NCBI GenBank assembly: GCA_010093605.1 | Contig: MU004186.1 | Span: 451,765-515,764, forward strand | DNA from: Lophium mytilinum | Lineage: Eukaryota | Reading direction: 5' to 3' | Length of the DNA: 64,000 nucleotides | Part shown: piece after piece, positions 26,600-38,619 of the stretch | Layout: each line of letters opens with the position of its first letter | Position numbering within the stretch: position 1 is the stretch's first letter | The notes under the pieces: model-generated | The model's input: the letters and a program-made list of their open reading frames with translations, nothing else | The model's database searches: none | What the model was told of the DNA's origin: nothing | Translations under genes and position numbers: made by a program

Positions 26600-27920
26600 T
26601 TATAATCCACCACTCACTTCCACCAACACCTTCACTTGGTTGTCTTTGTCATTGATGAGCGTTTTGAACCCCTTCTCTTCCACCTCGATCAGTTTGATCT
26701 TTTTCGTAATCATACTCTTTGGGTTCATCTTGCCGGCAGAGATGGCGTCAATGACATCTTGGAAATCTCCCTTCACAAACGTCGCGACAGCAGTATAATG
26801 TCTCTCTTTGAATACCAAGTCGTTCGGGTTTATTACCGCGGGCTTCGCCCAGATGGCCACGTTGACGATGGTTCCGCGGGCGCGCACTGCGTGAATAGCT
26901 TGGTCGAGGCCTGCCTGCACTCCGGCGCAGTCGAAAACGACATGCACACCCTGCTTCTCGCAGAGCTCCTTGCATCTGGTTACTATGTCGTCCTTGGTCG
27001 GGTCGAGAACGTAGTGTGCGCCAAACGATTTTGCGAATTCCTTCCGGCGGGGAGACACTTCCGAAACGATGATCTTCTCACAGCCTCGCGCCTTCAAGGC
27101 CTGGATCACAGCGAGGCCAATAGGACCTCCTCCGAGGATGAGGACCGAATCTCCGGTTTTGAAAGGGCTGACCTTGACCGCATGCCAGCCAACAGAGAGT
27201 GGTTCGACGAGCGCTGACATGGATTAGCCATCATATCCATTTAGGCGAGTTGCATCAACCTACCTCCAACGTCCAATGGCACATTATCCGGCAATCGATA
27301 TAGCGTTGAAGTCGGAACAACAATGTGCTCAGCCAATCCGCCTCCCCAGCCTGTACGAATTAGCATGTGCAAAGAAGTCTATTGGCTACAACGAGTGCTC
27401 ACCGCTCAGTCCGATGAACCCGTTGCTGTAGCAGCAATTTATTAAACCCTCGAGGCATGCACCGCAAGTTCCGTCATAGATGATTGGCTGCACCACCACT
27501 CGATCACCCGGCTTGTAGTCGTCCACCCCCTCTCCAACCTCTTCTATCACGCCGCTGAACTCGTGGCCAAGAGTCAACGGAACCTTCTCGCCGGTGATAG
27601 GATGAGGGGTGGTCGGGCATATGTTTGGGCCATCGAGGTATTCGTGAAGGTCTGAGAAAATCAATATTTCATTTAGTATAGCAGTATGGCGAGCTCTTAC
27701 CAGTGCCGCAGATTCCCACCCATGCTGGCCTCAACTGTTCAAATGTTAGCCGACATTGCCCTGACTGAGCATTGCAATCATCACTGACCTTCACCTGTCC
27801 CTTTCCGACCTTGGGGATATCAAGGTCCTCATATCTCAAGTCCAATTCGCCATGGAATCGCACTGCTTTCATAGTTTTGCTACCAGTAATTGGTGCCGAA
27901 TATGTTTCCTGCGGAGCCAT
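26600..27920 (-). CDS. Zn-dependent MDR dehydrogenase, (R,R)-butanediol/polyol dehydrogenase-like, multi-exon
   Basis: WVGICG..DLHEY, LGHEFSG, structural Zn site DGTCGAC..GLINCC, ALVEPLSVGWHA, Rossmann ILGGGPIG, DNQVKVLV. Confidence 0.92.
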
Positions 27921-29210
27921 GGCTTGAACAGATCAATCGGACGGCTAACAAAAGGTTTAATACAAACAAACTCGTAACTAAGAATATATATATTTGCGCT
28001 TGAAATGAAAGATATTTACAACACTGGAAAGCAACGCTTCTTCCCGCCGCCGGCTCTTGTTTAAATAGCCGTCGACTCAGCCCCCTTAGCAAGAAGCACC
28101 ACGGCATTCAGTATCCAACGACTCCTGGGCGCCCAACTTACGTCCGCCATTGACCTCCAGCGTGGTCCAGAGCGGCCAATCTGGGAATCCGGATTACCGC
28201 ATACGGCAATGCGAAGGCGATCTCCCCGCAGCGAGCTATTACCGGCAGACCTTCCTTCAGACGATCGCGGGGTTAGGGATTGTCACTTGACCCGGAGATT
28301 TTCTTGCGGTTCGCCACGATGTCCTTGTTCCCAGGGGCGAGTAGGCTTCGACGCCTTGCACCCGGATTGCCTCGAAGGTTCGTGAGAGCATTGCGAGCCG
28401 GATGATACGTTCGCTTGTGTGTGGATATTGATGCGAAATAAGCCAGGCTTGCTCCGCTTGGGCTCGGGCCAGCCTGTACCGAGCAAAGGGATGGTCCGAT
28501 TGGACGGGAGCGATAATATCATTTTCTCTCTTGAAGGCCGTTGGACCCGGGTGTCGTTCGGGACCACCTCGTCGGCTCGTCTTTCGGGAGAAGGAGAAAA
28601 TCATGAGAGCGGATGCCAGCGAGCCTCACGTGTCTTGGGCTGGCAGACTGGGCTGAATCGAGACAAAGACAGCGCTGCATGCAGAAGATTCAACTCGATC
28701 GATAATTGGTGGACAAAAAGCGATCAACGTCACCGAGCAGCTTCAAACTCTAAGCTACCAACGCGTCGCCGCCGAACATTACTCCAGAGGGCATTCACAG
28801 CCATGACATGCTAATTAGATCACAGAGCCGCACATGGGAGCGCGCGGGACACAACACTCACTCAGCTTAGAGAAAACTCTGAGTAAACTCTGAGCCTGGA
28901 CGGGACGCCAGGGTGAGATCCAATAAGGGGCAAGCACTGGATAGGCTCGCCGCGGGCCCTGGAGAAACTTTCGGGCAACCCACCATGCACCGCATCATGA
29001 CCTCACTACTACTGGCGGAATTTGTGACGCCAATGATTTACTCTGGGGAATATTAAAAGTACAGCCCACAACCCCAGCCAGAGCTACTGTTTATCTCCCT
29101 GTCCTTAATAATACAATACCCCTCCTTGCCCCTCAATTGCATTCCAGTGCAAGCTTCCCCACCTCACATTTCAAACACAATCATCACCTCCACTCCGTAA
29201 GAAAGCCACA

Positions 29211-30428
29211 ATGCCTTACCCAGAGACTACCACGGCGTTCGTCGTGACAGACATCAAAGACGGAAACTGGACCAAGTTCTCGAAGCAGGAGGTATATTTC
29301 ACTCCCCACACAAGTCTATGGATAACGCCTATTCCACCCGTTCATTGACTGACCTCCTCCAGCTCAAGCTCAAGCCCTTCGAGTCCCATGACATCGACAT
29401 TGCCATTGATGCCTGCGGTGTCTGCGCCTCGGATGTCCACACCATCACCGGTGGCTGGGGCTCCGAAATCCCACTTCCCCTCTGCGTCGGCCACGAAGTG
29501 ATCGGACGCGCCGTCAAAGTCGGCGATGCCGTCAAGGGCGTCAAGGTGGGCGACCGCGTTGGCGTAGGCGCGCAGATTGGTGCGGATTTGACCTGCAACA
29601 ACTGCAAGGCCGATCAAGAGAACTATTGCCCGAACTCAATCGACACTTACGGTGCCCCGTACCCGGATGGAACCATCTCACAAGGTGGATACTCCAGCCA
29701 TATCCGCGCGCACGAGTACTTCACTTTCAAGATCCCAGATGGACTGGACACGAACCTCGCAGCGCCCATGCTGTGTGCTGGCTTGACAACATACAGCCCA
29801 CTAGTGCGATTGGGATGTGGCCCAGGAAAGAAAGTCGGAATCGTAGGACTGTAAGCCCTCCTTCATCCCTACCTAACCTCAACTTCTAACATTCCCCAGC
29901 GGCGGCCTCGGCCACTTCGCCGTTCTCTGGGCCGTCGCCCTCGGCGCCGAAGTAACCGTCATCTCGCACTCCCCGTCCAAGAAGGAGGATGCTCTCAAGC
30001 TCGGTGCCAAACACTTCATCAGCACAAAGGACGACAAGTGGGCCGAGCCCCACAAGTTTAGCCTGGACTTCATCGTCAACTGCGCCGACGCGACCGACAA
30101 GTTCAACCTCTCCGACTACTTCTCCACCCTCAAGGTCAACGGCACCTTCCACATGGTTGGTTTCCCGGATAACCCGCTGCCCAGCATCATGGCGCAGGAC
30201 TTTGCGCCGAACGGGTGCTACATCGGTGCCAGCCATATCGGAAACAGGCCCGAGATGGAGGCTATGTTGGAGTTGGCGGCGAAGCAGAAGATCAAGAGTT
30301 GGGTGCAGACGATTGATATCAGTGAGGCTGGGTGCAAGGAGGCGGTGGAGAGGGTGTATAAGAATGATAACGTGAAGTTCAGACTCACGTTGACTGGCTT
30401 CGACAAGGCGTTTGGCAAGAGGGCTTAA
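29211..30428 (+). CDS. NADP-dependent cinnamyl-type alcohol dehydrogenase (ADH6/7-like), 2 introns
   Basis: ACGVCASDVHT, VGHEVIG, GDRVGVGAQ, AAPMLCAGLTTYSPL, GIVG|xGGLGH, SHSPSKKEDA. Confidence 0.92.
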
Positions 30429-31108
30429 GTGGGCGATGACTCAGGGCGTAACGAGTGCGAATGCAACGGGTGATGATGAGACTGGGAGAGCATATGGCGC
30501 ATAGAGAAGGCGTCGAGTGCAAGATTCGGAGCATAGTGGCTATGGATTAATGCTTTGGCATATATAATCGATGAGTAGAGAGAATGATGATTGTTTGAGC
30601 TGATCCCTTTGTAGATTGATCGTGGTTTACTAAGAATTTATGCGTACTGTGCAGAGATGAATAAGGTGACGGGGGAAGTCTGCAAGGTTTGAGAGGGAAG
30701 TGAGGAACACGTGCACCCGCGTGCTAGCGTCATTTCCTTTCCCTAGAGCTTTAACGCGACGACCTCTCACCCCACCACACTCCAGTTCAAGCTTGACTCT
30801 CCCATCCCACTACCAGAAGGCGTCCGCGGCGTCAGCGGGGGCAGCGTCGCAGCTCAGCTAAGGCAGCCCAGCCTACCCGTTTCTTAACATTGTATGCACA
30901 GCAACCCCGATATTCTACTCTGCAACTACACTACGAATAACCTAAGCTAATTTCCCGAACAGTCCTCGCGTTGACGAGCTACTGCCACGGCAGATGAAGG
31001 TCGTCTCTAGACACAACTGCGCAACCACACTGCTGAGGAGCAAGCTCGGATGCCTTAAAAGCCGCTCCTCAAGCTCCACGCTAGCATTTGAGCCGACTGC
31101 AAGTAGCT

Positions 31109-32071
31109 ATGTCTACAGCTTCTACAATCTCGGCGGAGCAGAAGTCAAAGCTCTTGCATCACCTGTAAGGCCCAGTCTACTCTAAGCTCCCACGTCATAT
31201 ATCCTAAGCTAATCGGCTCAGCGACTTCTCTGACACCACGATCGTCGTCCTCCATGTTGGACCCAAGATGAAAGCCTACCACGTACACAAGGAGGTTTTA
31301 TGCCAACACTCTCGCTATTTTCGAACATGTCTCTCAGACCTATTTGGGGGGCCGATCACAGAGGCTACAACCCTGGAATCCACGAGCTGCGAGACGTTTG
31401 AGGACATATTGAGATGGATGTATACAGGAGTGCTGGAGGTGAACCCAAAGAGGGTTGACTAGGATGACACTCGAGCCATTGATGAGCATGCTCATAGCGC
31501 CTCAGCTCGCCCCGAAGATATTGTCGACGACATCAACTTCAACAACGAGTACGTCGATTACATCGCCATCTACACATTTGCAGACATGTATGATGTCCCA
31601 GCTCTTCGATTGGTAGCATTGAGGGCTTGCCAGCGAATGGACGCGAGCTACCAATCCGACACAACTCCACATGGCGTGGTAGTGAAGATGGCATTCAGGG
31701 ATCTCCCAGCAACAGCACCTTTGTGCAGGTACCTTGTGAGGTCTTGTGCAATGAGATGGTCATCGGAGTGGGTCACGGAACAGGCCCGATCCAACCTACC
31801 CTACCAGTTCATGGCTGGTGTCATGTCCGAACTGGCGAGTGGTAAAATCCACGCGAATGTTGGCAGCTATCTGAGGGTCTGGTGCCTGTATCATGAGCAC
31901 GATTATTTCGACACTCCTGGTGAGTGTCTCGCTGACATTGAAAAGCTGAGGAAGGAGAGGAATAATTCTGAGCTGTTCGGAATCCGTGTGGGTCTTGCAA
32001 GGAAGAGTGCTCTTGTCAAGATGCCTAAGAGAAAGAGGACAGAATCACTGTCATCGTCCCCTGGCATATGA
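31109..32071 (+). pseudogene. BTB/POZ domain gene with a single in-frame TAG at 31460-31462 (pseudogene or recoded gene)
   Basis: ATG 31109 and intron 31165-31221 give ...IVVLHVGPKMKAYHVHKEVLCQHSRYF...FEDILRWMYTG...RVD*DDTRA...YIAIYTFADMYDVPALR.... Both halves of a typical fungal BTB protein are in one frame (31586-31463 = 123 nt). Confidence 0.8.
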
Positions 32072-33941
32072 CTGGCGCAAGTCGGAGACCCCTTCCTGAT
32101 CGTTTTCGTAGAATGACAAGAAGAAGAGGGGAGGTGCACACAGCGGAATCAATGGAGGATTCAAGGACCAGAAGCCCAGATATGACATACATTTTTTCAG
32201 CGGTATGCACAATAATGAGTCATGTATCAACGATAGCAATGTAGTGTTTAATGGGAAAAGCAACATGTCAGTTCTTATAAGCACGTTTTAGAAACCAAAT
32301 GAAGCTCCGCCATAGTCTTCACTAGGTATTGCCGAGTCCAGCAGCGGTGCAGCTTTCCAAATGAACGATACCCGTACTATTCTCTTATCCATTCCAATTC
32401 CACTTTATCGTCCCTTGGCACAACTACATCACCTAGACCCAAGGTTCAGCCCACCCCCTTGCTGCTGTCAAGACTACTGCTCCAGCATGGTAATAGAAAT
32501 ATGATTAGTAAGTTCAGTTCTCAAGCAACACCAAACGAACAAAGTCCAAGGTACTCTTGGTAAGTTCACGCTGCCACTGTTTGCGATACTTTATCACACG
32601 CTTAGGGATACCGAAGAGGTGAGAGATCCTGCGTTACTGCATTGAGCGAGCGGAAGAAGGTGTCCACACTCGTGTTTCCTGATACCGTACTTCAAAGCCG
32701 TCTTCTCCCTTCCTTGGTGCGCGCACTTGCTAAACTGGGCGTTGAATTTCCGTATTTTTCTCAAAGTATCCTACTGTCTCAATGCCCCTACTCTTCTTCT
32801 ATCAAAGTGAACCCATTATCCACACTTAGAAGGACGGCTAGATTGTAGCCGATCGACCTGTTGCTCTAGACGAATACACGTGACTATCACGAGACCTACT
32901 AAATCTCCATCTGAAGGCTCGAACATTGTATAAAAAGCCTCTCTTCCGCGATCCATCTACCAACTCCAGGGCGCTTCAAGTTTTTTGTTCAAAACGGATA
33001 CGACAAAGATTTGATGCTTGGGTTTCTTCAATCATTGCGTTGGCAATATCGCAGGGAAAGAGGGCGCAGCCAAACCAGTGCCACTCTACAACGTATGGTT
33101 GGGTGGGTCGGAGGTGTTGTGTCAACAGAGGAAAGCGACGGTGTCGATGGCTCGTCGGGAAGGAGGGTCAGTGAACTATTGTAATGGTGCTCAGCATTAT
33201 ACCGAAAAGTTGATAATGTGTTTCCTTCAAAGGGTTGATATAATGAGTCAGTGTACGTGGAAGATGCGCATCATCAGAATCTGTTTCATGAGGGTGCTCT
33301 CTGCCACCACGTCTTGTGGGAGTCAGTCCGTTTCCAAACACCGACGAGACTCACACACTCCATGTTATGGAACCTTTGCATGAATTGATCCTCCCTCTAC
33401 ATCCACCCAAGAAGTCTTACTAGAAGGCTAAAGGCCAGATCAGTGGAAGATTTATACTAATTCTCGGATGCGGTCAGCTGACCTCAGTGATCACATCCCT
33501 CAACATGAGCACACGGGAATAATTCTCCCTGTGCAATACTATTACCTACTCGGGTAGCATCCAGGCTACATTTTGTTACCCGCTGGGCACGCGTAGCTAG
33601 GCTTGGTATGAACCCCGTCAAAACGAGAGCTTTCAGATCTTAGATGGGTTGAAGCACTTCAGACGGCGGCAGAGCAAAAGCAACATGGTAGAAGCACAGC
33701 TCAGAATCATGAGCTGGTATTTTATATTCCCTTTTTCCCAACCCAACGCGTATGCAAACAAGCACTTCATCCGGTAATGCGAGAACTGTGAGACAAAGGA
33801 GGAAATGTAACCACCCCACGTACTTGTTGATACAAGAGAGCCTACCCACAGGCCCCACCAAAAAAGACCACCTGAAGGCCCCATATCTGTCAAAACGAAG
33901 GACCAGGACCCGGCGTGTAGAAGAAGCACTACTTCCAACGC

Positions 33942-36047
33942 CTACCATCCCCCCCTCCCGCCACGCCACCTGCCCCCAAAGTTCCTATCCCCGTCGCGAT
34001 CAAGCCTGCCAGCCATGCCACCACCGCGGTAGCTATCGCCCCTAAAATCGCCCCTGAAGCCTCCCCCTCTACCCCTATAACCCCCTCCACGTCCACCCCA
34101 GCCCTGCACAGCACCTGGTCCAAAGTCCGGCCCGAATTCCATCAAAGCGTCCTTTTCGAACCCGTACCGTACCTTCTCGTCCAATCTTCCCCTTCCACGG
34201 CCACGAATGCTGGAATCCGGGTCCCAATTCCGGCTTGTCGCCGCTTTGAGGGCATCGAGGCGCGCCTCGACACGCTCTGGTGCAACAGGGTGGAAGTAGA
34301 GCTTGGGCTTTGCTGTAGTAGAGCTGAAGAGCTTGTCGAGAGTCTGGAAGCTCTTCGTGGGGTCCGGTGTGGGAGCCTCGGCATCATCAGCCTTCGCCTG
34401 CGTCCGATCGGCCGTCAAAGGGATAGAGTTGGCGGTTGTGAGAGCTGAAGCGGTGCCTCTACGCTCGGCTGGGCCCCGCGGGCCAGTCGGCGCGTTGGGC
34501 ATGCCCAGTCCGCCAGCGTCTGGTCCACCACGATGCGCAGACAAGTCGACAGATCCGCGAGCGCCATTCCCGTTTTCTTCCTGGAACACAGCGCGAGCAG
34601 GGACGTCGCCGTCGCCGCTTGGGGTGTAGACGACCTTGTACCTCCTGGCTGGACCTCGACCGCTACGGCTGTCACTGGCAGCCTCTTCTTCAGTTTTGAT
34701 CCAACTTTCGACGTGTTCTTCTGGCACAAAGTCCACCCAGAGCGATTTGCGATCGCGCTCAGTGGGCCAGATAGCGCCGTGAAGGGCTGCACGGACGCGG
34801 GCGGCTGCGGAGATTGAGTCGAAGAGCACGAAAGCATGGGTGCGGATTTGGTCGATGAAGAAAGTCTTGAGAATGGTTGGATCGGGATCCGAGGACGGTG
34901 GAGATGCCAACGCGATGAGGTGATTGCGCAGTGCTGGGATTTGTAGAGGACGCATGAAGTTTCGGATGTATATAGCTGCAGTTGCGGGATGTAGGCTTGG
35001 TGATACGGAGCGATCGGTGTCAGTGTCTGCGACGGGCGGGGTATTGGTAGTAGGTGTTGGCTGTTCGAAGAGAGACTTGAATCGGGAAGAATTGTCCTTC
35101 TCGCTATCCCGTTCACGCGCCGACGTCGAAACCGGAGTTGGTTTGGAAGGTTCGGGAGCTCCAGTTTGCTCTGTTGCGGGGATAGTGGATACCTCCGTCT
35201 CGGCTTCTGTAGCTTTATCCTCCATAACCACATCACCATCCGCCTTGTCCTGCTCTTCCTCCATGAGCACGTCCTGCTCAAGGTGAACCACTTCCTCAAC
35301 ACTCGGCTCCGACCCCTGTCCGCTCGCCCTCAACTTCTTGCTTCTTATATCGTCGGCCTTGACGTCTGGCGACTCGCTCCTCCTCTTGCGCTTCTTACTA
35401 TCTGCCTCCATTTCCTCCGAGTTGAGGCGCGAGGGCTCGATGGATGGCGCTTCCACCACAGTGGGCAATGGCACTTCTTTCTCGACAGACTTTGCCTCAT
35501 TTTCGGCGGGCGGTGGTGTCGAAGGGGTGGCTTCTTTGGGCGGAGGAGTGGCCTCTTTGGGCGGAGGAGTAGGTTCTTTAGGTGCCGGGGTCGGTTCTTT
35601 GGCAGGAGGCGTATGTTCTTTCGCAACCACGCTCGGCTCCGTCTCTGGCGGCGCATCCTCTGCAACAGCGGCAACCTCCTCCACCGCATCCTCCTCCACC
35701 ACATTCTCCCCCTTCTCTACCGCCTCCTCTACTTGCGCCGACTCCTCCACATGCAACGCCTCCCCACCCTCCACCGCAACCTCCTTCTCTCCCCCCTTCA
35801 CCACCTCACCCGCCCCATCCCCACTCCCACTCTTCCTCCTCGCCTCCTCCGCCCCAATCGTAACGCTCGACGCAGCAGGGGAAGTGCCTTCTTCCTTACC
35901 TTTGTCCACAGTCTCCGCACCCGCAGCATGATCCGCCTCCTCCAACTTCTCGACGATCTGCGCCTTGCGCGTCAGGCCCGTCGACGGGATATGGCGCTCC
36001 TTGAGCAGCGCGCGCAGCTGCGTGACAGTCTGCTTGTTGTAATCCAT
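33942..36047 (-). CDS. SAP-domain, Acinus-like RNA-binding protein
   Basis: N-terminal SAP (TVTQLRALLKERHIPSTGLTRKAQIVEKL); Acinus-type RRM (AIYIRNFMRPL...IDQIRTHAFV...LHGAIWP); RSB-like motif LDKLFSSTTAKPKLYFHP; RGG tail. Confidence 0.88.
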   Translation of the reverse strand: MDYNKQTVTQLRALLKERHIPSTGLTRKAQIVEKLEEADHAAGAETVDKGKEEGTSPAASSVTIGAEEARRKSGSGDGAGEVVKGGEKEVAVEGGEALHVEESAQVEEAVEKGENVVEEDAVEEVAAVAEDAPPETEPSVVAKEHTPPAKEPTPAPKEPTPPPKEATPPPKEATPSTPPPAENEAKSVEKEVPLPTVVEAPSIEPSRLNSEEMEADSKKRKRRSESPDVKADDIRSKKLRASGQGSEPSVEEVVHLEQDVLMEEEQDKADGDVVMEDKATEAETEVSTIPATEQTGAPEPSKPTPVSTSARERDSEKDNSSRFKSLFEQPTPTTNTPPVADTDTDRSVSPSLHPATAAIYIRNFMRPLQIPALRNHLIALASPPSSDPDPTILKTFFIDQIRTHAFVLFDSISAAARVRAALHGAIWPTERDRKSLWVDFVPEEHVESWIKTEEEAASDSRSGRGPARRYKVVYTPSGDGDVPARAVFQEENGNGARGSVDLSAHRGGPDAGGLGMPNAPTGPRGPAERRGTASALTTANSIPLTADRTQAKADDAEAPTPDPTKSFQTLDKLFSSTTAKPKLYFHPVAPERVEARLDALKAATSRNWDPDSSIRGRGRGRLDEKVRYGFEKDALMEFGPDFGPGAVQGWGGRGGGYRGRGGGFRGDFRGDSYRGGGMAGRLDRDGDRNFGGRWRGGRGGW

Positions 36048-36747
36048 AATGCGTAATGTGAATTGGTGAAGGAGGTGAGAGGTGAAGAAGGACCAGAAGA
36101 TGGGCTTGTTTGGTCGCGACAAAGCGGCCCGCGCGCGTCGCGTTAGCGCGGCTTGGCGGGGCTAGTTAGTGCCACGCTTCGTGGGGCTTTTTCATGCAGG
36201 ACGGGGCTGCTTGCAGGTGTCGACGGGTTTCATGTGTCGACGGCTGAAGTGGCCTGGTATGGGGATTGATTGTTTATATTGCGCTCTTTGAAGTGTGTGG
36301 TACAGCTTCAAGGGACATCAAGTGGTGACGGACTACTGTTCCAGTATATACACTTTTTAAGAGTCTCACAATAGCAGGGAACATGTGACGTAAAGCTCCC
36401 GTCCTATGTGCCATCATGAGTCTGTGCAGACCCTTCTACCACAGCTTGTGGTGGCCTAGAAAAGTCAACGCATGCTTAGCAATATAGCTTGCACATCATG
36501 TCAGCGGGAGGTGAGAGCAAAGCTTCAGCACCGTGAGTGTTGGGAAGTCGTCAAAATATAATTGTGTACACAAGAACGCAACAAGCAAAACAAACCAGAC
36601 CCAAGCGTCTCAAACACCGTAATCGCCTCAAGTCAAAGAATCGAAGTCTCCACTTTTCTCATTCCCATTCCCATCCGTCGCAATGCGTTCATCTTCAACC
36701 CAAGCCCTTTCGGCTCCCGTTATGTATCTTCACCACTCTAGTATCAT

Positions 36748-38270
36748 CTAAGCTGCGGCAGCGATCGGGGTCGCTGTCGGGATGGATGGTACAATCGGCT
36801 CCGGAGCCGACTCAGCCTTGCCAGCCGCATATCCCTCAAATTCAACCATCTTGGGATGAACACCCACACGCTCCTTAGCGAGCAGGTCCACCAAGAGCGG
36901 GGAGGGCTTGTTGTCCTTGTCCGAGAACATGGCCTGGTGCTTCTTGTACTTCTCCACACTCTCAATGTAGCGGTCGAAGAGGTATGCCGAGTCCATTGGT
37001 CCGCCCTTAGCCTCCGGGTGGAATTGCGCGCTGAAAATGGGGCGCGAGTTGTGGATCATGCCCTCGTTGGACTGGTCGTTGAGGTTGGTGAAGTATTCGC
37101 GCCACTCCTCACCCAGGGTAGTTGGGTCAACAGCGTAGCCGTGGTTCTGGGACGTGATGTGGCATTGACCAGTGGTCAGGTCGAGGGCGGGGATGTTATG
37201 CGCACGGTTGCCATACTTGAGCTTGATAGTGCGGGCGCCAGAAGCGAGAGCAAGCAGTTGATGGCCCATGCATATGCCCATAATAGGGACTTGAGACGTC
37301 TCCATCAATTTGCGGAGGTTGTACACGGTGGCTTGGCAATGGGTGGGATCACCTGGCCCATTGGAGATAAAGACACCATCAAAGTGATGGGCGACCTTGT
37401 GGATCGGGTAGTCGTATGGGAAGCAAGTGACGCTGGCTCCACGGGCAACGAGACTGCGGAGAATGTTCTCCTTAACACCGCAGTCAATCAAAGCCACGTG
37501 CATATCTCCAAGGGCAGAGTGAACGTGGAAGGGGGCCTTGGTGCTGACTCGGCGAACCAAGTTAATGGCTTCAGGGTCGATGAATGCCTCGTCCTCGTCG
37601 GCATCATATTCCTCTCCAATGGTGATCCGGGCCAAAGATGAACCCTGCTCCCGGAGGTAAGTCACGATAGCACGGGTGTCTACTCCAGAGATGGCTGGAA
37701 CGCCCTCGCTTGCACACCACTCAGCCAAACTTTGAACAGCAGTCCAGTGACTATGCTGGACGGCATAGTCCTGGACAACAATACCCGCAGCCTGGATGTG
37801 TGGGGACTCGAAGTACCTGAGCAAGCCATGCTCGTCCCGGGCCGAGGAGGGGACTCCGTAGTTGCCAATGAGAGGCTGGGTGAAGACAAGGATTTGTCCG
37901 CGATAGGAGGGGTCGGTCATGGATTCGGGATAGCCAACGAGAGAGGTGGTGAAGACGGCTTCGCCAGAGATGTTCGATTTGGCGCCGAAGGATTTGCCGC
38001 TAAAGATTGGTCCATTCTGAAAAATGGCGGTGAGTGACGTGGAAACACAAGACACAGCCCCAGGTTGCAATTACACACCTTGATTGTGAACGTAGCCCGC
38101 TCAAGAGGAGCAGCAGGCGTCGCTCGCGCCCTCCTGTGTGGTTCTGGTACTTGACGGGGAGTGTTCTTCTCGACAGTGGCTAGGAATCGGGATTGCGTGC
38201 GAGTTTGGATCGCTCGTCCCAGGACACTGGCAGACCGCAATGGAGAAGGCTTAAAGACGTGGGCAAACAT
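36748..38270 (-). CDS. CPA1: Arginine-specific carbamoyl-phosphate synthetase small subunit with a mitochondrial presequence; intron 38017-38078
   Basis: [34 protein letters not shown], catalytic [23 protein letters not shown]. Basic, Ser-rich N-terminus. Equivalent to Neurospora arg-2. Confidence 0.97.
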
Positions 38271-38321
38271 GTTGAGTGGAGAGTACTGTAATAATGTGTA
38301 TTCGCTTGGGCGTAAGGGATT

Positions 38322-38619
38322 TCAATTCGCGGAAGCCTTCCACAGATGGTCTGGAGGGTGGTTAGCTGGTAGCTAGATGTCAAGATAGCACCACGCCCGG
38401 CGGCATACCTGAGATGTAGTCCTACAGAGATATCAATTAGCCATGATTTATACAACAGAAGGACTTTGAGGAAGAATGTGCAAGCGTGAAGAGCGGAGAA
38501 GCACAGTGGTCGCTGGAAGGGCGCGGTGGGCACTTGGGGTGTGATCCGGGCGATAAGAGGATGAGTCGTGCGGCTGGCGGACGTACCTGGGAAGTGAAGA
38601 GGGTCTGAACAGCACGCAT
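38322..38619 (-). CDS. Arginine attenuator peptide uORF, 24 aa, three exons: MRAVQTLFTSQDYISDHLWKASAN*
   Basis: Exons 38619-38587 (33 nt), 38421-38409 (13 nt) and 38350-38322 (29 nt), all with GT-AG boundaries, total 75 nt. Matches the Neurospora arg-2 AAP core FTSQDYLSDHLW. Stops 51 nt before the CPA1 ATG. Confidence 0.95.
38561..38569. promoter_or_regulatory. Possible Gcn4/CPC-1 (cross-pathway control) site in the first uORF intron
   Basis: ATGAGTCGT matches ATGA(C/G)TCAT at 8 of 9 positions, in an amino-acid biosynthetic gene. The motif is short and could be chance. Confidence 0.3.
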
